DNA of 64,000 nucleotides from Ignavibacteriota bacterium (GCA_963776275.1 CAVZMI010000032.1:56359-120358); one strand, 5' to 3'. Positions 41,988 through 53,959 are shown, numbered from the stretch's first letter. The notes: a model not told the origin generated them from the sequence alone. Numbers and translations: made by a program.

Positions 41988-43541
41988 CTATTCCTTTATT
42001 TTTATAAACTGGATGGCCTGCGGTAGCCGTTTCTGGATATCGGTCGCCAATAATCCGATGCCCTTGTTTTCAGCAGCCATATCTCCTGCAAATCCATGAA
42101 GAAACACACCGCAGATAGCCGCATCGACGGCGGATGACATTTGACCCCAGAGTCCGCCAATTGTTCCTGTGAGCACATCGCCGGCGCCGGCTGTTGCCAT
42201 CCCCGGATTTCCTGTACTGTTGATGAAGACTTCTCCTTTCTCAGATGCAATAATCGTCGGCGCCCCTTTGAGAACGAGCGTTACCTTATACGTTGTAGCA
42301 AATTCACGTGCAACATCGATCAGGTGGCAAGGAATGTCTGCCGATTCGATTCCGGATAGGCGCGCAAATTCGCCGATGTGAGGTGTGAGAATCGTGTCAG
42401 CTTTTTTCTTTTTGAGAATATCTATGTCTGCCGCAAGAGCATTCAAACCGTCGGCATCGATCAGCATCGGTTTCCCGGAAGAGGCAATAAGATCGAGGAT
42501 CAGGGAGTCTGTTTCAGGATCGCGGCCAAGTCCCGGACCGATAATCAATCGATCCGCCCATTCGATCCTTCTCTGAATTTCGGGCATTGCCTTTTTACCG
42601 ATCGTAAAAGTATTTGTTTGTGCCAGTGCCAGAGGCATGACTTCAACTGATTTTTTTGCCACTGCGTTATACACTCCCTCAGGTACTCCCAGCACCACAG
42701 ATCCCGCACCGGCCTTTAATGCCGATTCGGATGCCATCTTTGCGGCACCGGTGAGTCCGCGTGACCCTGCGAGAATAAATATCTTTCCGACCGAATGCTT
42801 GTGTGCCCTGCGCTCCCGGTGAGGTAATCGTTTAAGAATGTCTTCATGTTCCACAAGGTATGTCGCAATATTCGAAGTCTCATAGACGATGCGCGGTATA
42901 CTGATCTCGGCAATCACCAGATTGCCGCTCACATCGGGCCCGTCGTTGATCAGGTGTCCGACTTTCGGCATTCCCATGGTCACGGTATACGAAGCCTGGA
43001 CAGTCGATGCGCTTGCCATACCGGTTTCACCGTTGAGTCCGGAGGCGATATCAACGGCAATCACCGGTACACCGAGAGTATTCATCTCGGCGATCGCCGC
43101 AGCGTAATTCCCTTGTGTCTCTCCAGAGAAGCCTGTACCAAATAATGCATCGATAACCAAATCCGGCGGAGTCAGCGGTTTTGATAGAGAAAATTGTTCG
43201 AGAAGGATTCGCGGTTTCTTTCCCTCCGCCTGGATAATCGCTCTGACGAACTCGAGGTTTAATTTAGCGTCGCCCGATACATCCCGGCCACAAAAAATAA
43301 CCTGGATATTCATTCCGAGATTGTACAGATGTCTCGCAACAACAAATCCATCTCCCCCATTATTCCCTTTCCCGCAATAGATGCGGGCAGTCTTTCCATC
43401 AAGTGGTGAAAAAGAATTCTGGATAAGGCGCGACACCGATCGACCTGCATTCTCCATCAGGAGCAGACCGGGAATTCCAAATTCAACATTTGCACGTTGA
43501 TCGCATTCACGCATTTCCTGAGGTGTGGCAACAAGGATCAT
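41988..43541 (-). CDS. nnr: Bifunctional NAD(P)H-hydrate epimerase/dehydratase
   Basis: LMENAG, GKGNNGGDG, DALFGTG, TPHIGE and ATAGAGDVL motifs. Confidence 0.93.
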   Translation of the reverse strand: MILVATPQEMRECDQRANVEFGIPGLLLMENAGRSVSRLIQNSFSPLDGKTARIYCGKGNNGGDGFVVARHLYNLGMNIQVIFCGRDVSGDAKLNLEFVRAIIQAEGKKPRILLEQFSLSKPLTPPDLVIDALFGTGFSGETQGNYAAAIAEMNTLGVPVIAVDIASGLNGETGMASASTVQASYTVTMGMPKVGHLINDGPDVSGNLVIAEISIPRIVYETSNIATYLVEHEDILKRLPHRERRAHKHSVGKIFILAGSRGLTGAAKMASESALKAGAGSVVLGVPEGVYNAVAKKSVEVMPLALAQTNTFTIGKKAMPEIQRRIEWADRLIIGPGLGRDPETDSLILDLIASSGKPMLIDADGLNALAADIDILKKKKADTILTPHIGEFARLSGIESADIPCHLIDVAREFATTYKVTLVLKGAPTIIASEKGEVFINSTGNPGMATAGAGDVLTGTIGGLWGQMSSAVDAAICGVFLHGFAGDMAAENKGIGLLATDIQKRLPQAIQFIKIKE

Positions 43542-43548
43542 AGAAGCC

Positions 43549-44979
43549 TCAAAAGAGTGAACGAGTGAATTGCAGAATTGTCGATGGGAAAAGACCGATC
43601 ACAACAATGATAATCGCCGATATGAACAGTGCGATTATCCCCGTGATAGGGACTTCGATCTCTTCTTTTTTATCAGGATCGTTGAAAAACATCACGACAA
43701 CGAGACGTAAATAATAGTATACAGATACAAGACTCGCCAGCACACCGATAACGGCAAGCCATGTAAAACCGGAGCTTACTGCTGCAGCAAACACATAATA
43801 CTTGCCGAAGAATCCTGCAAACGGCGGAATTCCGGCAAGAGAGAACATGAATAATGCCATCAGTGAGGCAAGAACCGGTTTACGGTGCCAGAGTCCGAGA
43901 TAATCGTCAAATGTCAGATTCTTATCTTCATCTTTTTCAAGAATCGACAGAACACCGAACGCTCCCAGGTTCATGAATGAATATGCCACAAGGTAATAAA
44001 TGACGCCGATCTGGCCGAGAGTGTTTGATGCAGTCACACCCGAGAGAATATATCCGGCGTGGGCAACGCTTGAATAGGCCAGCATTCGTTTGATGTTTTT
44101 TTGAGCAAGGGCGAGAATGTTCCCGACAATCATCGATGCCGCCGAGAGAATAGCAAAAACCTCGATCAGACGCGGGAGTTTGACCGTTATTGCCTGAGAA
44201 AAAAACAATAGAAGCGCAGAAAACGCAGCTGCCTTTGCACCCGTCGACATAAATCCAGAGACTGGCGTCGGCGCTCCTTCATACACGTCGGGAACCCACA
44301 TATGGAAAGGAACCGCCGCCACCTTGAACGAAAATCCGATAACCAGCAGAGAAACTCCTATCCAGAACAGAACCGGCTGTTGAAGCTGTGGCAATCGCTG
44401 AACGATGACCGAAAAATTTGTCGTTTCTGTTGCGCCGTAAATCAGGGCTATTCCATATAAGAGAAAGCCGGTTGCAAACGACCCGAGCAAAAAATATTTC
44501 AGAGCGGATTCATTCGATTTTATGCGTTTCCTGAAAAATCCCGCAAGAACGTAGAGGCATACCGACATCAATTCAATTCCAAGAAATACCATGATCAGGT
44601 CGAGCGCCGAGGCCATCATCATCATTCCGGCAGTGGCGAATAAAAGCAAAGCATAATACTCACCGTAATTGATACCCTCTTTTTCGAGATAGCTCTTTGA
44701 GAAAAGGATCGTGGATGCGCATACAATCACAAATAACATATTGAAAATAGCCGCATATCCCCCGCCGAGGAGCATCCCTTGAAACCCTACGACATGCAAT
44801 CCTGAAATAGAACCGACGATCCCGGCGGTAATTGCCAATCCCGCCAGCGACACACCGAAGACAATATTTTCTCCTTTTTTTATTGTACCCTCGATCACCA
44901 TGACAACAAGGGCAAGGACTGTGATTGCCACGAGCGGGAGCGAAGCAAGAAAATCGGCTTGTGTAAACATGAGACCCAT
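43549..44979 (-). CDS. nuoN: NADH-quinone oxidoreductase subunit N
   Basis: ESALKYF, PFHMWVPDVYEGAP, KRMLAYSS and YYYLR motifs. Confidence 0.95.
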   Translation of the reverse strand: MGLMFTQADFLASLPLVAITVLALVVMVIEGTIKKGENIVFGVSLAGLAITAGIVGSISGLHVVGFQGMLLGGGYAAIFNMLFVIVCASTILFSKSYLEKEGINYGEYYALLLFATAGMMMMASALDLIMVFLGIELMSVCLYVLAGFFRKRIKSNESALKYFLLGSFATGFLLYGIALIYGATETTNFSVIVQRLPQLQQPVLFWIGVSLLVIGFSFKVAAVPFHMWVPDVYEGAPTPVSGFMSTGAKAAAFSALLLFFSQAITVKLPRLIEVFAILSAASMIVGNILALAQKNIKRMLAYSSVAHAGYILSGVTASNTLGQIGVIYYLVAYSFMNLGAFGVLSILEKDEDKNLTFDDYLGLWHRKPVLASLMALFMFSLAGIPPFAGFFGKYYVFAAAVSSGFTWLAVIGVLASLVSVYYYLRLVVVMFFNDPDKKEEIEVPITGIIALFISAIIIVVIGLFPSTILQFTRSLF

Positions 44980-44995
44980 TTAAAATTACTTTCTT

Positions 44996-46432
44996 TTAAA
45001 AAGTCGTTTTATATTTCGATTTACGGTTAAACGAATATTTTAACAACGGCGGAGTAACCAACGTCGTTATCATCACCATCATTACCACGGCTGAAAATAC
45101 AGCATCGCTGATGACCGGGATCATTTGCTGGCTTCCATCAGGATGAACCCAGAGCATCTGCATACTCTTACCTATACCGGCAACAATCAGACCAACCTCG
45201 CCGCGCGGGATCATTCCGAATCCTATCGTTAGACGGTCGTAATTTTTACTGACGCCGAGTCCGCATATCTGCTTGCCGATAATAGCAGCAGCGGTAATAG
45301 CAATTCCGACACCCAGAAGATCCGGCTGGAAAAAAGTCGCCAGCTTTACCTGAATACCCATGAGAACGAAAAAAACAGGAACAAGAAAATGGTAGATTGG
45401 CTGAATGAGTTCAACCGTGTGTTTTTCTTCACCATTACCGACAAAATGGACATCTTCAAGGACGAGACCCGCTGCAAATGCCCCGACTATAGGTGCAAGT
45501 CCGATTAGACTTGCAATCCATGATAGGAAGAAAGCAAAGATTAAACTCGTCACCACCTTCATCCCGTCAACCGTCATGAGCGAGATCCAACGCCCTATAA
45601 TCGGAAATAATTTTGTTCCGAGGACGATTGCGCCGACGAAAAAGAGGACTGCCTTCAGACTGATGATAAGGATATCTACAAAGGAAAAAGAACCTGTACT
45701 CACAATACCGACGACCACTGCGAGCACAATCAAGCCGAGCACATCATCGATGACCGCGGCTCCCAGAATGATTTTTGCTTCACCGGTGTGCATTTTGTTC
45801 AGGTCTTTCATGACCCGTGCCGTGATCCCGACGGACGTTGCGCAGAGAACGGCTCCGGTAAATATATGAACGGCATCGGGTTCGGCAGAGAAAAAATACT
45901 TGCTGGCAAAAAAACCGAGGATAAATGGCACTATCACTCCAAGCATCGCAACGATAAAAGACGGAACGCCGACTTTTTTCATCTCGTGGATATTCGATTC
46001 CAAACCGGCCTGGAAAAGAAGAATAATGATACCGATCCGTGCAATCTGATCGATCACAACGGCCCATTGCACCGTCAGATGTTCGGTACGAAATGGTGCA
46101 AAGAAATTCATGAGACTACTCTCCGGAAAGAGCATCCCGATATTGCCGAGAATCACGCCGAATAGCAATTCGCCGAGGACAGCCGGTTGATGCAGGCGCT
46201 CGGCAAGCTCCCCTCCTACTTTTGCAGCAATAAGAATAATGATCAGTGCCAGCAAAATCGGTGTTACAGGATCAATATGCGATGTCGGCTGCGACGTGCC
46301 CGCGAACTGCGAAGTGCTTCGGTACGCAGTAGTGTCGCTAGCGGCAGGATTGATGGTATCACCGGCCAATATCGGAAGAGCCGGGAAGCACAGCACAAGC
46401 AGACAGATCAATATCAATGCAGCGTTCTTCAT
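44996..46432 (-). CDS. Cation:proton antiporter (CPA2/NapA-like)
   Basis: ATSVGIT, AAVIDDVLGL, PVFFV and GMIPRGEV motifs. Confidence 0.9.
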   Translation of the reverse strand: MKNAALILICLLVLCFPALPILAGDTINPAASDTTAYRSTSQFAGTSQPTSHIDPVTPILLALIIILIAAKVGGELAERLHQPAVLGELLFGVILGNIGMLFPESSLMNFFAPFRTEHLTVQWAVVIDQIARIGIIILLFQAGLESNIHEMKKVGVPSFIVAMLGVIVPFILGFFASKYFFSAEPDAVHIFTGAVLCATSVGITARVMKDLNKMHTGEAKIILGAAVIDDVLGLIVLAVVVGIVSTGSFSFVDILIISLKAVLFFVGAIVLGTKLFPIIGRWISLMTVDGMKVVTSLIFAFFLSWIASLIGLAPIVGAFAAGLVLEDVHFVGNGEEKHTVELIQPIYHFLVPVFFVLMGIQVKLATFFQPDLLGVGIAITAAAIIGKQICGLGVSKNYDRLTIGFGMIPRGEVGLIVAGIGKSMQMLWVHPDGSQQMIPVISDAVFSAVVMMVMITTLVTPPLLKYSFNRKSKYKTTF

Positions 46433-48010
46433 TATTTTACCGCCTCAGGAAACGGTTGTTGCTGTGTCGGAGACATAGATGTGATCTTCCCGCTGATCCT
46501 TCCCTGCATCTGCTGGACGGTATGTCGCACGGATACCGCAGAGGTGTTCAAAAATGTCGATGGATATAAACCTATCCAGACGATGAAGAGTACAATAGGC
46601 ACAAGGACCATAATTTCTCGTTTCGTCAGATCATGAAGCGATTGATTAGCCGGATTTGTACATTCACCAAAAAACATCCGTTGATATGCCCACAGCAGAT
46701 ACACCGCCGCAAAAATCACTCCTGTCGCGGCAAAAATTGTGTACCAGGGACTGTTCAAAAGTGGTGAGCTGAACGACCCCAGAAGAATAAGAAACTCGCC
46801 GACAAACCCATTCAGACCGGGAAGTCCGATCGACGAAAGCGAAACCAACATAAAGAAGAATGCAAATACAGGCATCACCTTCACAAGTCCGCCAAAGTCG
46901 CTGATCATCCGTGTGTGGCGACGATCGTAGATCATCCCGACAAGAAGGAAGAGTGCGCCTGTAGAAAGACCGTGATTAACCATCTGAATGATGCTCCCCT
47001 GTAGACTCACTTCGGTCATCGCGAAAATGCCGAGCACGACAAATCCGAGATGGCTTACCGATGAATATGCGACGAGTTTCTTGATATCTGTTTGGACCAT
47101 CGAGACAAGAGCGCCGTAAATTATTCCGATTATTGCCAGAATGCTTATAAATGGCGCAAGATGAGCCGACGCAATCGGGAAAAACGGTATACAGAAGCGA
47201 AGAAGCCCATAAGTCCCCATCTTCAATAGTACGCCGGCAAGGATGACGCTCCCGGCGGTTGGAGCCTGGACATGCGCATCCGGCAGCCATGTATGAAACG
47301 GGAACAGCGGGGACCTTAATTGCAAAACTCAGCGCAAACGCAAGAAGCATCCAGGTCTGGATGCCGATTGGGATATTTGGAGCGACGTTCAGAAGTTCAA
47401 TATAGTCTGTCGTGAAATGCGAGAGCGTGGAGTTTGCCGCCGTATAGCCAAGCCATAGAATCGCGACGAGCATCAGCACACTTCCAAACATTGTATAGAT
47501 GAAAAACTTCACCGCCGCATAAATCCGTTCCTGACCTCCCCACACCCCGATTATAAAATACATCGGTATAAGCATTGCTTCCCAAAAGACATAAAAGAGA
47601 AACATATCGATCGCACAAAACACGCCGAGCATTCCCACTTCAAGCAGAAGCATGAAGATTACATATTGTTTAATCTTCTGTGTGATTGAATCCCACGATG
47701 CAAGAAGAACAAGCGGTGTAAGAAACGTCGTCAATAGTACAAGCAATAATGAAATGCCGTCGATCCCGACGCTGTAGCTGATATTCAATGATGATATCCA
47801 TGGTACCCGCTTTACAAACTGCATCGCCGCCGTAGCGCTGTCGAAACGAAAATACAGGTGGAGCGAGAGGATGAATGTCAGTATCGACACTCCCAGACCG
47901 ATTGTTTTTATCGCTGTCGTCCGCTCGGGCTTGAGCAGTACAATCAGCAGCACACCGATCAGCGGTGAAAAGATGACAAGCGTAAGAATTATTTCATTCA
48001 TTGAATTCAT
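46432..48010 (-). CDS. nuoM: NADH-quinone oxidoreductase subunit M (+1 frameshift at ~47310)
   Basis: FYVFWE..LIPMY in one frame and [14 protein letters not shown] in the next; removing one base restores [13 protein letters not shown]. Confidence 0.93.
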
Positions 48011-48090
48011 GAACCTCTCCAAAGAGGCTGCTAAAAAAAATATTTTTAGTATTAATGCGTTTTGGCTCAATATCTTTGTACGGCCAAATC

Positions 48091-48190
48091 ACCGGATTCC
48101 GACATTCCGCCTCCATCCGCTTCCGGCGCATTTCGGCGGTCTACGACCCCTACGGGTCTGTAGACCGTAGGACCTACGGCCCTACAAGTC
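48091..48190. repeat. Short-period repeats and hairpins in the nuoL-nuoM spacer
   Basis: ATTCCG and (C/T)CTACG repeated at 7-8 nt period; CCGCC..GGCGG and CCTACGG..CCGTAGG hairpins. Confidence 0.45.
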
Positions 48191-50118
48191 TACCTGAACA
48201 ACATCCATCCCATTACAAGAAGCACTCCGATGACAAAAACAATTGCATAGAATTGCACAACGCCGGTCTGGATGCGCCTTGCGAACGAACTCAGCGATTG
48301 CATCAGTTTTGCCGAACCGTTGACTATGCCATCGATTACACCGACATCAAAACCATTCCAGAGAATTTTTTCGGAGACTTTCACAACCGGAGTAACAACA
48401 GCTGCATCATAGATCTCATCAACGAAATATTTCCGCCATAGGAGCGTATAGATTCCATGAAATTGTTTTGCTATGTTCTCCGCTATATCGTTTCTCCTCA
48501 GATACACCATCCGGGCACCGGCTACACCGAGGAGTGCAACGCCGACAGAAAGCGCCATGAGAATATATTCGATGATCTGAACACCTTCTGTATATAATCC
48601 GAGTTTGACATTTGCTCCTTCGAAAACCGGTTCGAGGAAATGCTCGATTCTGTTTCCCCCGCCGAGTGCCGCCGGAACACCGATAAAGCCGCCGACAATC
48701 GATAGGAGTGCAAGAATAATCAGAGGTATGGTCATTGTCGACGGTGCTTCGTGGGGATGTATATCATGTTCCCATCGTTTTTCACCGTTGAATGTAAGAC
48801 TGACGAGCCGGAACATATAGAACGCCGTCAATCCGGCACCGAAAACACCCAGCGTCCACAGAAAATACGATTCGTGCGAAAAAGCCCGCCATAATATCTC
48901 ATCCTTGCTGAAAAATCCCGAGAAGGGTGGAATACCCGCAATCGCAATTGCACCGATAAGAAAAGTCCAGTACGTCTTCGGCATCAGTTCTTTCAGTCCC
49001 CCCATTTTCTGGATATCCTGCTCTTCATGCATCGCATGAATGACCGCACCGGAACCGAGGAAAAGAAGTGCTTTGAAGAAAGCATGTGTCATGAGATGGA
49101 ATATTCCGGCGGTGAACGCACCTACTCCAAGCGCGAGAAACATATATCCAAGCTGACTGATCGTCGAATATGCCAGCACTTTCTTAATATCGTTTTGAAC
49201 AAGTCCGATTGTAGCTGCAAAGATCGCCGTCAATGCTCCGACCATCGCGACGACGGTCATTGTCAGGGGCGTAAGCGCATAGAGAAGCGAACAGCGGGCA
49301 ACCATATAGACACCCGCGGTGACCATTGTCGCGGCATGAATCAATGCGCTGACAGGTGTGGGACCCGCCATCGCGTCCGGGAGCCAGACAAACAGTGGGA
49401 TCTGAGCGGATTTCCCTGTTGCGCCAAGAAATAACAGGAGCGTTATCCAGGTCATTGTTGTATCGCCGACTTTCCACGATTCCGCCCGGGCGAACACTCC
49501 GTCGAAACTTAAAGTCTGAAAATGTGTAAAGAGAAGAAACATCCCGATTAGGAAACCAAAATCGCCGATCCGGTTAACGATGAACGCCTTCTTCGCCGCA
49601 TCCCCCGTTGTCCCTTTTTCGAATTTCTTGTCATACCAAAAACCTATCAGCAGATAGGAGCAGAGTCCAACTCCTTCCCACCCGAGGAACATCAGGACAA
49701 AATTATCGGCAAGGACGAGATTCAGCATTGCAACGATAAAAAGGTTCAGGTAGGCAAAGAATCTCCAGTACCCCCGGTCATCGTGCATGTATCCGATGGA
49801 ATAAACGTGTATCAAAAAGCCGACACCGGTAACAATCAGTGTCATAAGGATCGATAGCTGATCGACCTGATAGGCAACCGAAACAGACAGCGCTCCGGCG
49901 TTAATCCATGAAAATATTTCAACTATGTGTTTACGCTGATCAACCGGTGCACCGAGCATTTCAATTAAGATTGCGTTTCCCACGAGGAATGAGAGCCCCA
50001 CGGCCAGACTCCCGATCCATCCTATAAATTTCTCTGATCGGATCCTTGATCCGAAGATACCGTTGATGAGAAATCCGATAAGCGGGAACAGGACAATCAG
50101 ACCGACATAATTAAACAT
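48190..50118 (-). CDS. nuoL: NADH-quinone oxidoreductase subunit L
   Basis: GWEGVGLCSYLLIGFW, GKSAQIPL.VWLPDAMAGPTP and HAFFKALLFL motifs. Confidence 0.97.
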   Translation of the reverse strand: MFNYVGLIVLFPLIGFLINGIFGSRIRSEKFIGWIGSLAVGLSFLVGNAILIEMLGAPVDQRKHIVEIFSWINAGALSVSVAYQVDQLSILMTLIVTGVGFLIHVYSIGYMHDDRGYWRFFAYLNLFIVAMLNLVLADNFVLMFLGWEGVGLCSYLLIGFWYDKKFEKGTTGDAAKKAFIVNRIGDFGFLIGMFLLFTHFQTLSFDGVFARAESWKVGDTTMTWITLLLFLGATGKSAQIPLFVWLPDAMAGPTPVSALIHAATMVTAGVYMVARCSLLYALTPLTMTVVAMVGALTAIFAATIGLVQNDIKKVLAYSTISQLGYMFLALGVGAFTAGIFHLMTHAFFKALLFLGSGAVIHAMHEEQDIQKMGGLKELMPKTYWTFLIGAIAIAGIPPFSGFFSKDEILWRAFSHESYFLWTLGVFGAGLTAFYMFRLVSLTFNGEKRWEHDIHPHEAPSTMTIPLIILALLSIVGGFIGVPAALGGGNRIEHFLEPVFEGANVKLGLYTEGVQIIEYILMALSVGVALLGVAGARMVYLRRNDIAENIAKQFHGIYTLLWRKYFVDEIYDAAVVTPVVKVSEKILWNGFDVGVIDGIVNGSAKLMQSLSSFARRIQTGVVQFYAIVFVIGVLLVMGWMLFR

Positions 50119-50200
50119 TCTTTACTCCGACGCAGATTTGTCTGAAAAAATCAAAACGGAATGTCATGGACATCCTTTACAAGAGACAGTTATATGACTA

Positions 50201-50420
50201 TTTCTAAGGAAAAAGGAAAAATTAAAAAGGAAAAATTATTCGATGGCTGATAAGAGAGTCGCTCATCCCTTTGACTCGCACTACCTTCCTTCGACTCGAA
50301 CTTCCTTCCTTCGACTCGTACAACCTTCGGTTGTACTCGCTCAGGACAAGTCGGTAGTACTCACTCAGGACAGACTTTTATCTTTCATCTTTTTACTTTT
50401 CCCTTTTTAATTTTTAATTA
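50201..50420. repeat. A-rich/T-rich heptamer scaffold (second copy) with nested hairpin inserts at 50266-50374
   Basis: Same 29-nt start as 9168; three TCCYTYGACTCG starts and two CTCRCTCAGGACA ends, i.e. nested copies. Confidence 0.7.
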
Positions 50421-50462
50421 TGAATTCATCTTACTTCAACAATCTTTTATAAAAGACTCCGA

Positions 50463-50765
50463 TTACCACTTTAAGATATTCAGTTCATCGATATTCACAG
50501 TCGATCGATTCCGGTAGATCGCAATAATGATGGCGAGTCCAACGGCAGCTTCAGCCGCAGCGACAGCCATGACGAAAAAGACCAGAATTTGTCCCGTAGC
50601 GTTTCCCAGAAAAGCAGAAAATGCTATAATAGACAGATTCACCGAATTCAACATCAACTCGATGCACATGAAGACGATGATGGCGTTACGGCGTGTCAGT
50701 ACGCCGGCAACGCCGACAGCAAACATTATTGCACTGATGATCAGATAATGACTCAACGGAATCAT
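50463..50765 (-). CDS. nuoK: NADH-quinone oxidoreductase subunit K
   Basis: [16 protein letters not shown] and [10 protein letters not shown] motifs. Confidence 0.97.
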   Translation of the reverse strand: MIPLSHYLIISAIMFAVGVAGVLTRRNAIIVFMCIELMLNSVNLSIIAFSAFLGNATGQILVFFVMAVAAAEAAVGLAIIIAIYRNRSTVNIDELNILKW

Positions 50766-50777
50766 TTTTAACTTCTC

Positions 50778-51287
50778 CTACTCAAACTTTTTCTTTGCCA
50801 GTACGATTGCGCCCATAATCGCTGCAACAAGCAACAAGGAAGTCGCCTCGAACGGAAATAGATACTCTGAAAACAATACCCTGCCGATGTTCTCGACGGT
50901 CCCGATCTCAACCGCCCCCGGTGATTGCACAGCGGCTAGTCGTGATTGGTAGCCGACGATATACAAAATCTCAAGGGCGAGGGCTACACCCAACCCGATA
51001 GCGACGATCTTTTTCCAGCCGATTTTCTCGCGAAGTTGATCCTCATTCCCAAGGTTGAGCAGCATGATGACGAAAAGGAAGAGCACCATGATCGCGCCGG
51101 CATAGACGATAATCTGAACAATCGCAATAAATTGTGCATGAAGGGTGAGATATAGGCCGGCAAGGCAGAAAAAATTCAGAATAAGAAAAATTACGCTTAT
51201 CACCGGATTACGCCGGGTCACCATCAGCAATGCCGAAGCGATCGCAACTGAACCGAGGAGATAGAATATAACCGTATCTAAGATCAT
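50778..51287 (-). CDS. nuoJ: NADH-quinone oxidoreductase subunit J
   Basis: QIIVYAGAIMVLFLFVIML and PFEATSLLL motifs. Confidence 0.97.
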   Translation of the reverse strand: MILDTVIFYLLGSVAIASALLMVTRRNPVISVIFLILNFFCLAGLYLTLHAQFIAIVQIIVYAGAIMVLFLFVIMLLNLGNEDQLREKIGWKKIVAIGLGVALALEILYIVGYQSRLAAVQSPGAVEIGTVENIGRVLFSEYLFPFEATSLLLVAAIMGAIVLAKKKFE

Positions 51288-51301
51288 ATAACCAACCGCT
51301 T

Positions 51302-51799
51302 TTAATAGAAATAGTAATGGATTCCAATGTGCGGCAACGGCAGTATTGTTCCGTCGCTAAAGAAGGTGAACGCTCCTAGCAGCGAAATATGGAGTGGGCC
51401 GTTTACTGCAAATTCGGCTCCCATGCCAAGTCCTATCCGGAAGGGTCCTTTCAAATCGTTTTTCGAAGTAGAACCCGAGTAATAGTATCCGATGCCAAGA
51501 AGAACAAAATAGCGGCCGTTGGTACTCCGCGCAAGATCGTATTGGATATCGCCTCCGATTGCATAGTGCAGGTTTTCATCGACCTTGATGATGCCCATAT
51601 TCAGGGTGTAGGAAAAAGGAGCGGGAAGATGATGCCGGAAACTAATTCCTGCCCCTTCAATCGGACCGGCTGTGACACCGACACCGAAGACCTGCCGTTC
51701 ATAGTGCATGTCGGTTCGTTCCGAGACAATTACCTGAGAATAGAGGAGCGACGTACTTCCGAGTACTCCTGACAACAGTACCATGATAAGTTTTTTCAT
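51302..51799 (-). CDS. Hypothetical small outer-membrane beta-barrel-like protein
   Basis: Signal peptide, amphipathic beta strands, aromatic C-terminus (HYYFY). Confidence 0.55.
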   Translation of the reverse strand: MKKLIMVLLSGVLGSTSLLYSQVIVSERTDMHYERQVFGVGVTAGPIEGAGISFRHHLPAPFSYTLNMGIIKVDENLHYAIGGDIQYDLARSTNGRYFVLLGIGYYYSGSTSKNDLKGPFRIGLGMGAEFAVNGPLHISLLGAFTFFSDGTILPLPHIGIHYYFY

Positions 51800-51802
51800 A
51801 GT

Positions 51803-53054
51803 TTATGCCCTTTTCAGCCAGTGTACTATTTCACCGATTGTTGGACGTTTTCCCGTGATGAGTATTCCCAGTCGAAAGATCTTTCCTGCCGCCCACATCA
51901 TAAAAATTGAACTTGCTAAAAGCACCGTGATTGTCCCTATGATTTCCCAGAGCGGCGGCATACTGATTGGAATCCGCAGTACCATAAGCGTCGGTGTCAA
52001 TAAGGGGAAGAAACTAAGGACTTTGATCCAGACAGCCTCAGGGTTCTGGATCGCCACGAATGCAAACGCGATGGGCATTACCAGGATAATTGTTAAATAT
52101 TGGGTGAACTGTTGAGCTTCCTGTTCCGTGGTCAGAGGTGCTCCGACAGCAACGAAAATTGCCGCATAAAAAATATATCCCAATAAAAAATATACCAGAA
52201 TTAGCGGGAGACTGGAAAAAGAAATCAGCGCGACGCCGGATTGAAGAGTGACCACAGCCGCAATCAAAAACCAGAAACCGATCTGTGTCAATCCGAGAGC
52301 GCTCAACCCGAGTATCTTTCCCACCATAAGATCTGTTGCACTACACGAAGAGACGAGGATTTCGATTATCCTGTTCGATTTCTCTTCGATAACACTTCTG
52401 ACAAGTATCTGGCCGGATGTCAGAACCAGCATCATCAACATCATAATAAAAAGGTATGCCGTGATAAAAATCTGCCCGAATCCCGACTCTTCCTCTCCTC
52501 CGCTTTTACTCAATTTGATTGTTTTAATCTCGATCGATGTGCTTAGCTTTTTCACGCGCGCCGGGTTCGATTCCCTCCTGTATCAATTTTTTCTCAGTGA
52601 CGACTTCACGGATTGAACTCGAAAAACGCTCGATATCACGGATATTGCCGACATTTTCAGATCGATATTCGATGAGATTAGTGTCGTACAGATCCTTCCC
52701 GATAAGCAGGTACCCTGCGATCGCCTCATTTGCTACCATCTCATTTCCATTTTTTTTCAGATCATCCAGTGTAGTGAACCGGGGATCAGCCATGTTCCGG
52801 AGAACATAGTTCGGCTGTCCGTCAGGAAGTTTGTATTTCTCTTCGAGTTTTTTCTGCAAGGGTTCGATCAGCGAGCCATTCTGATCGATCACGCCGATCA
52901 CCCGCGTCTCAGTATCCGGCCGTGTCGCGAGTAGTGTCGGCAATCCGCCAAACAAGATCATGATGACCGGAAATAGGAAAAGTCCGAACAGAAATGTCTT
53001 CGTCTTCACACGCTCGAGATATTCCCAACGCGCAACGCTCCAATATTTCTTCAT
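51803..53054 (-). CDS. ABC-2 type permease (NatB/YhaP-like), frameshift at ~52563
   Basis: ARWEYLERVKTKTF N-half and SVIEEKSNRIIEILVSS C-half lie in adjacent frames. Confidence 0.85.
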
Positions 53055-53953
53055 GCCTTTCCCTCCTTCGCGCCGACAACATCGATAAAAATGGAATTCA
53101 GAGAGGGTTCCATGATTTCGAATTTCCTGATCTCGAGCCGCTGGACAAGCTGTTTGAGGATATCATTCACCGATCCATGATCGGCGGGCTGTACCTCGGC
53201 GAAGTTTTGATATACATCGGCCTTCTGAAATTCGGGCATTGTTTTGAGGAAACTGCCGTCGCCGTCAAATTCTATATGCAATGAATTCTTTCCGTATCGC
53301 TTTTTGATCCCGGCGATATCTCCCTCCAGCACAACCCTTCCATAATTGATCACACAAATATTGTCGCAGAGTTTCTCTGCCTGTTCCATCTGATGCGTTG
53401 AAAAGATGATGGCCTTACCCCGACTCCTCAGATCCATCAGAATATCCTTCATTAAGATCTGGTTCACCGGATCGAGTCCCGAAAATGGCTCATCAAGTAT
53501 CACAAGGTCTGGATTATGAAGAATGGAGACGATGAACTGGACTTTCTGTTGATTCCCTTTCGAGAGTTCTTCGACTTTTCTATGGATGTACTGTTGAAGA
53601 TTGAATCGCTCGAGCCACTTCCTACCTTCTATCGCCGCTGTGCGAGAGGGAATCCCTTTAAGACTTGCAAGATATTGAATGGTGTGCAGTAATTTATTTT
53701 TTTTATAGAGTCCGCGTTCTTCGGGAAGGTATCCGATACGGTTTGAGATTCCAGGATTATAGGGTATTCCATCGAAAAGAATTTGTCCATTATCGGGTTC
53801 AATGATATTGAGGATGGCCCGGATGGTTGTTGTTTTTCCGGCACCGTTCGGTTCGAGCAATCCGAAGATTTCTCTTCGCTGGACCGCTATCGACACATCG
53901 TCGACGGCCACCGTTGTTGCATATTCTTTTCGTAAATGCGATACCGTAAGCAT
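53051..53953 (-). CDS. ABC transporter ATP-binding protein (NatA/YhaQ-like)
   Basis: xPNGAGKTT, LSKGNQQK, ILDEPFSGLD and STH motifs. Confidence 0.9.
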   Translation of the reverse strand: MLTVSHLRKEYATTVAVDDVSIAVQRREIFGLLEPNGAGKTTTIRAILNIIEPDNGQILFDGIPYNPGISNRIGYLPEERGLYKKNKLLHTIQYLASLKGIPSRTAAIEGRKWLERFNLQQYIHRKVEELSKGNQQKVQFIVSILHNPDLVILDEPFSGLDPVNQILMKDILMDLRSRGKAIIFSTHQMEQAEKLCDNICVINYGRVVLEGDIAGIKKRYGKNSLHIEFDGDGSFLKTMPEFQKADVYQNFAEVQPADHGSVNDILKQLVQRLEIRKFEIMEPSLNSIFIDVVGAKEGKA

Positions 53954-53959
53954 AGGAGA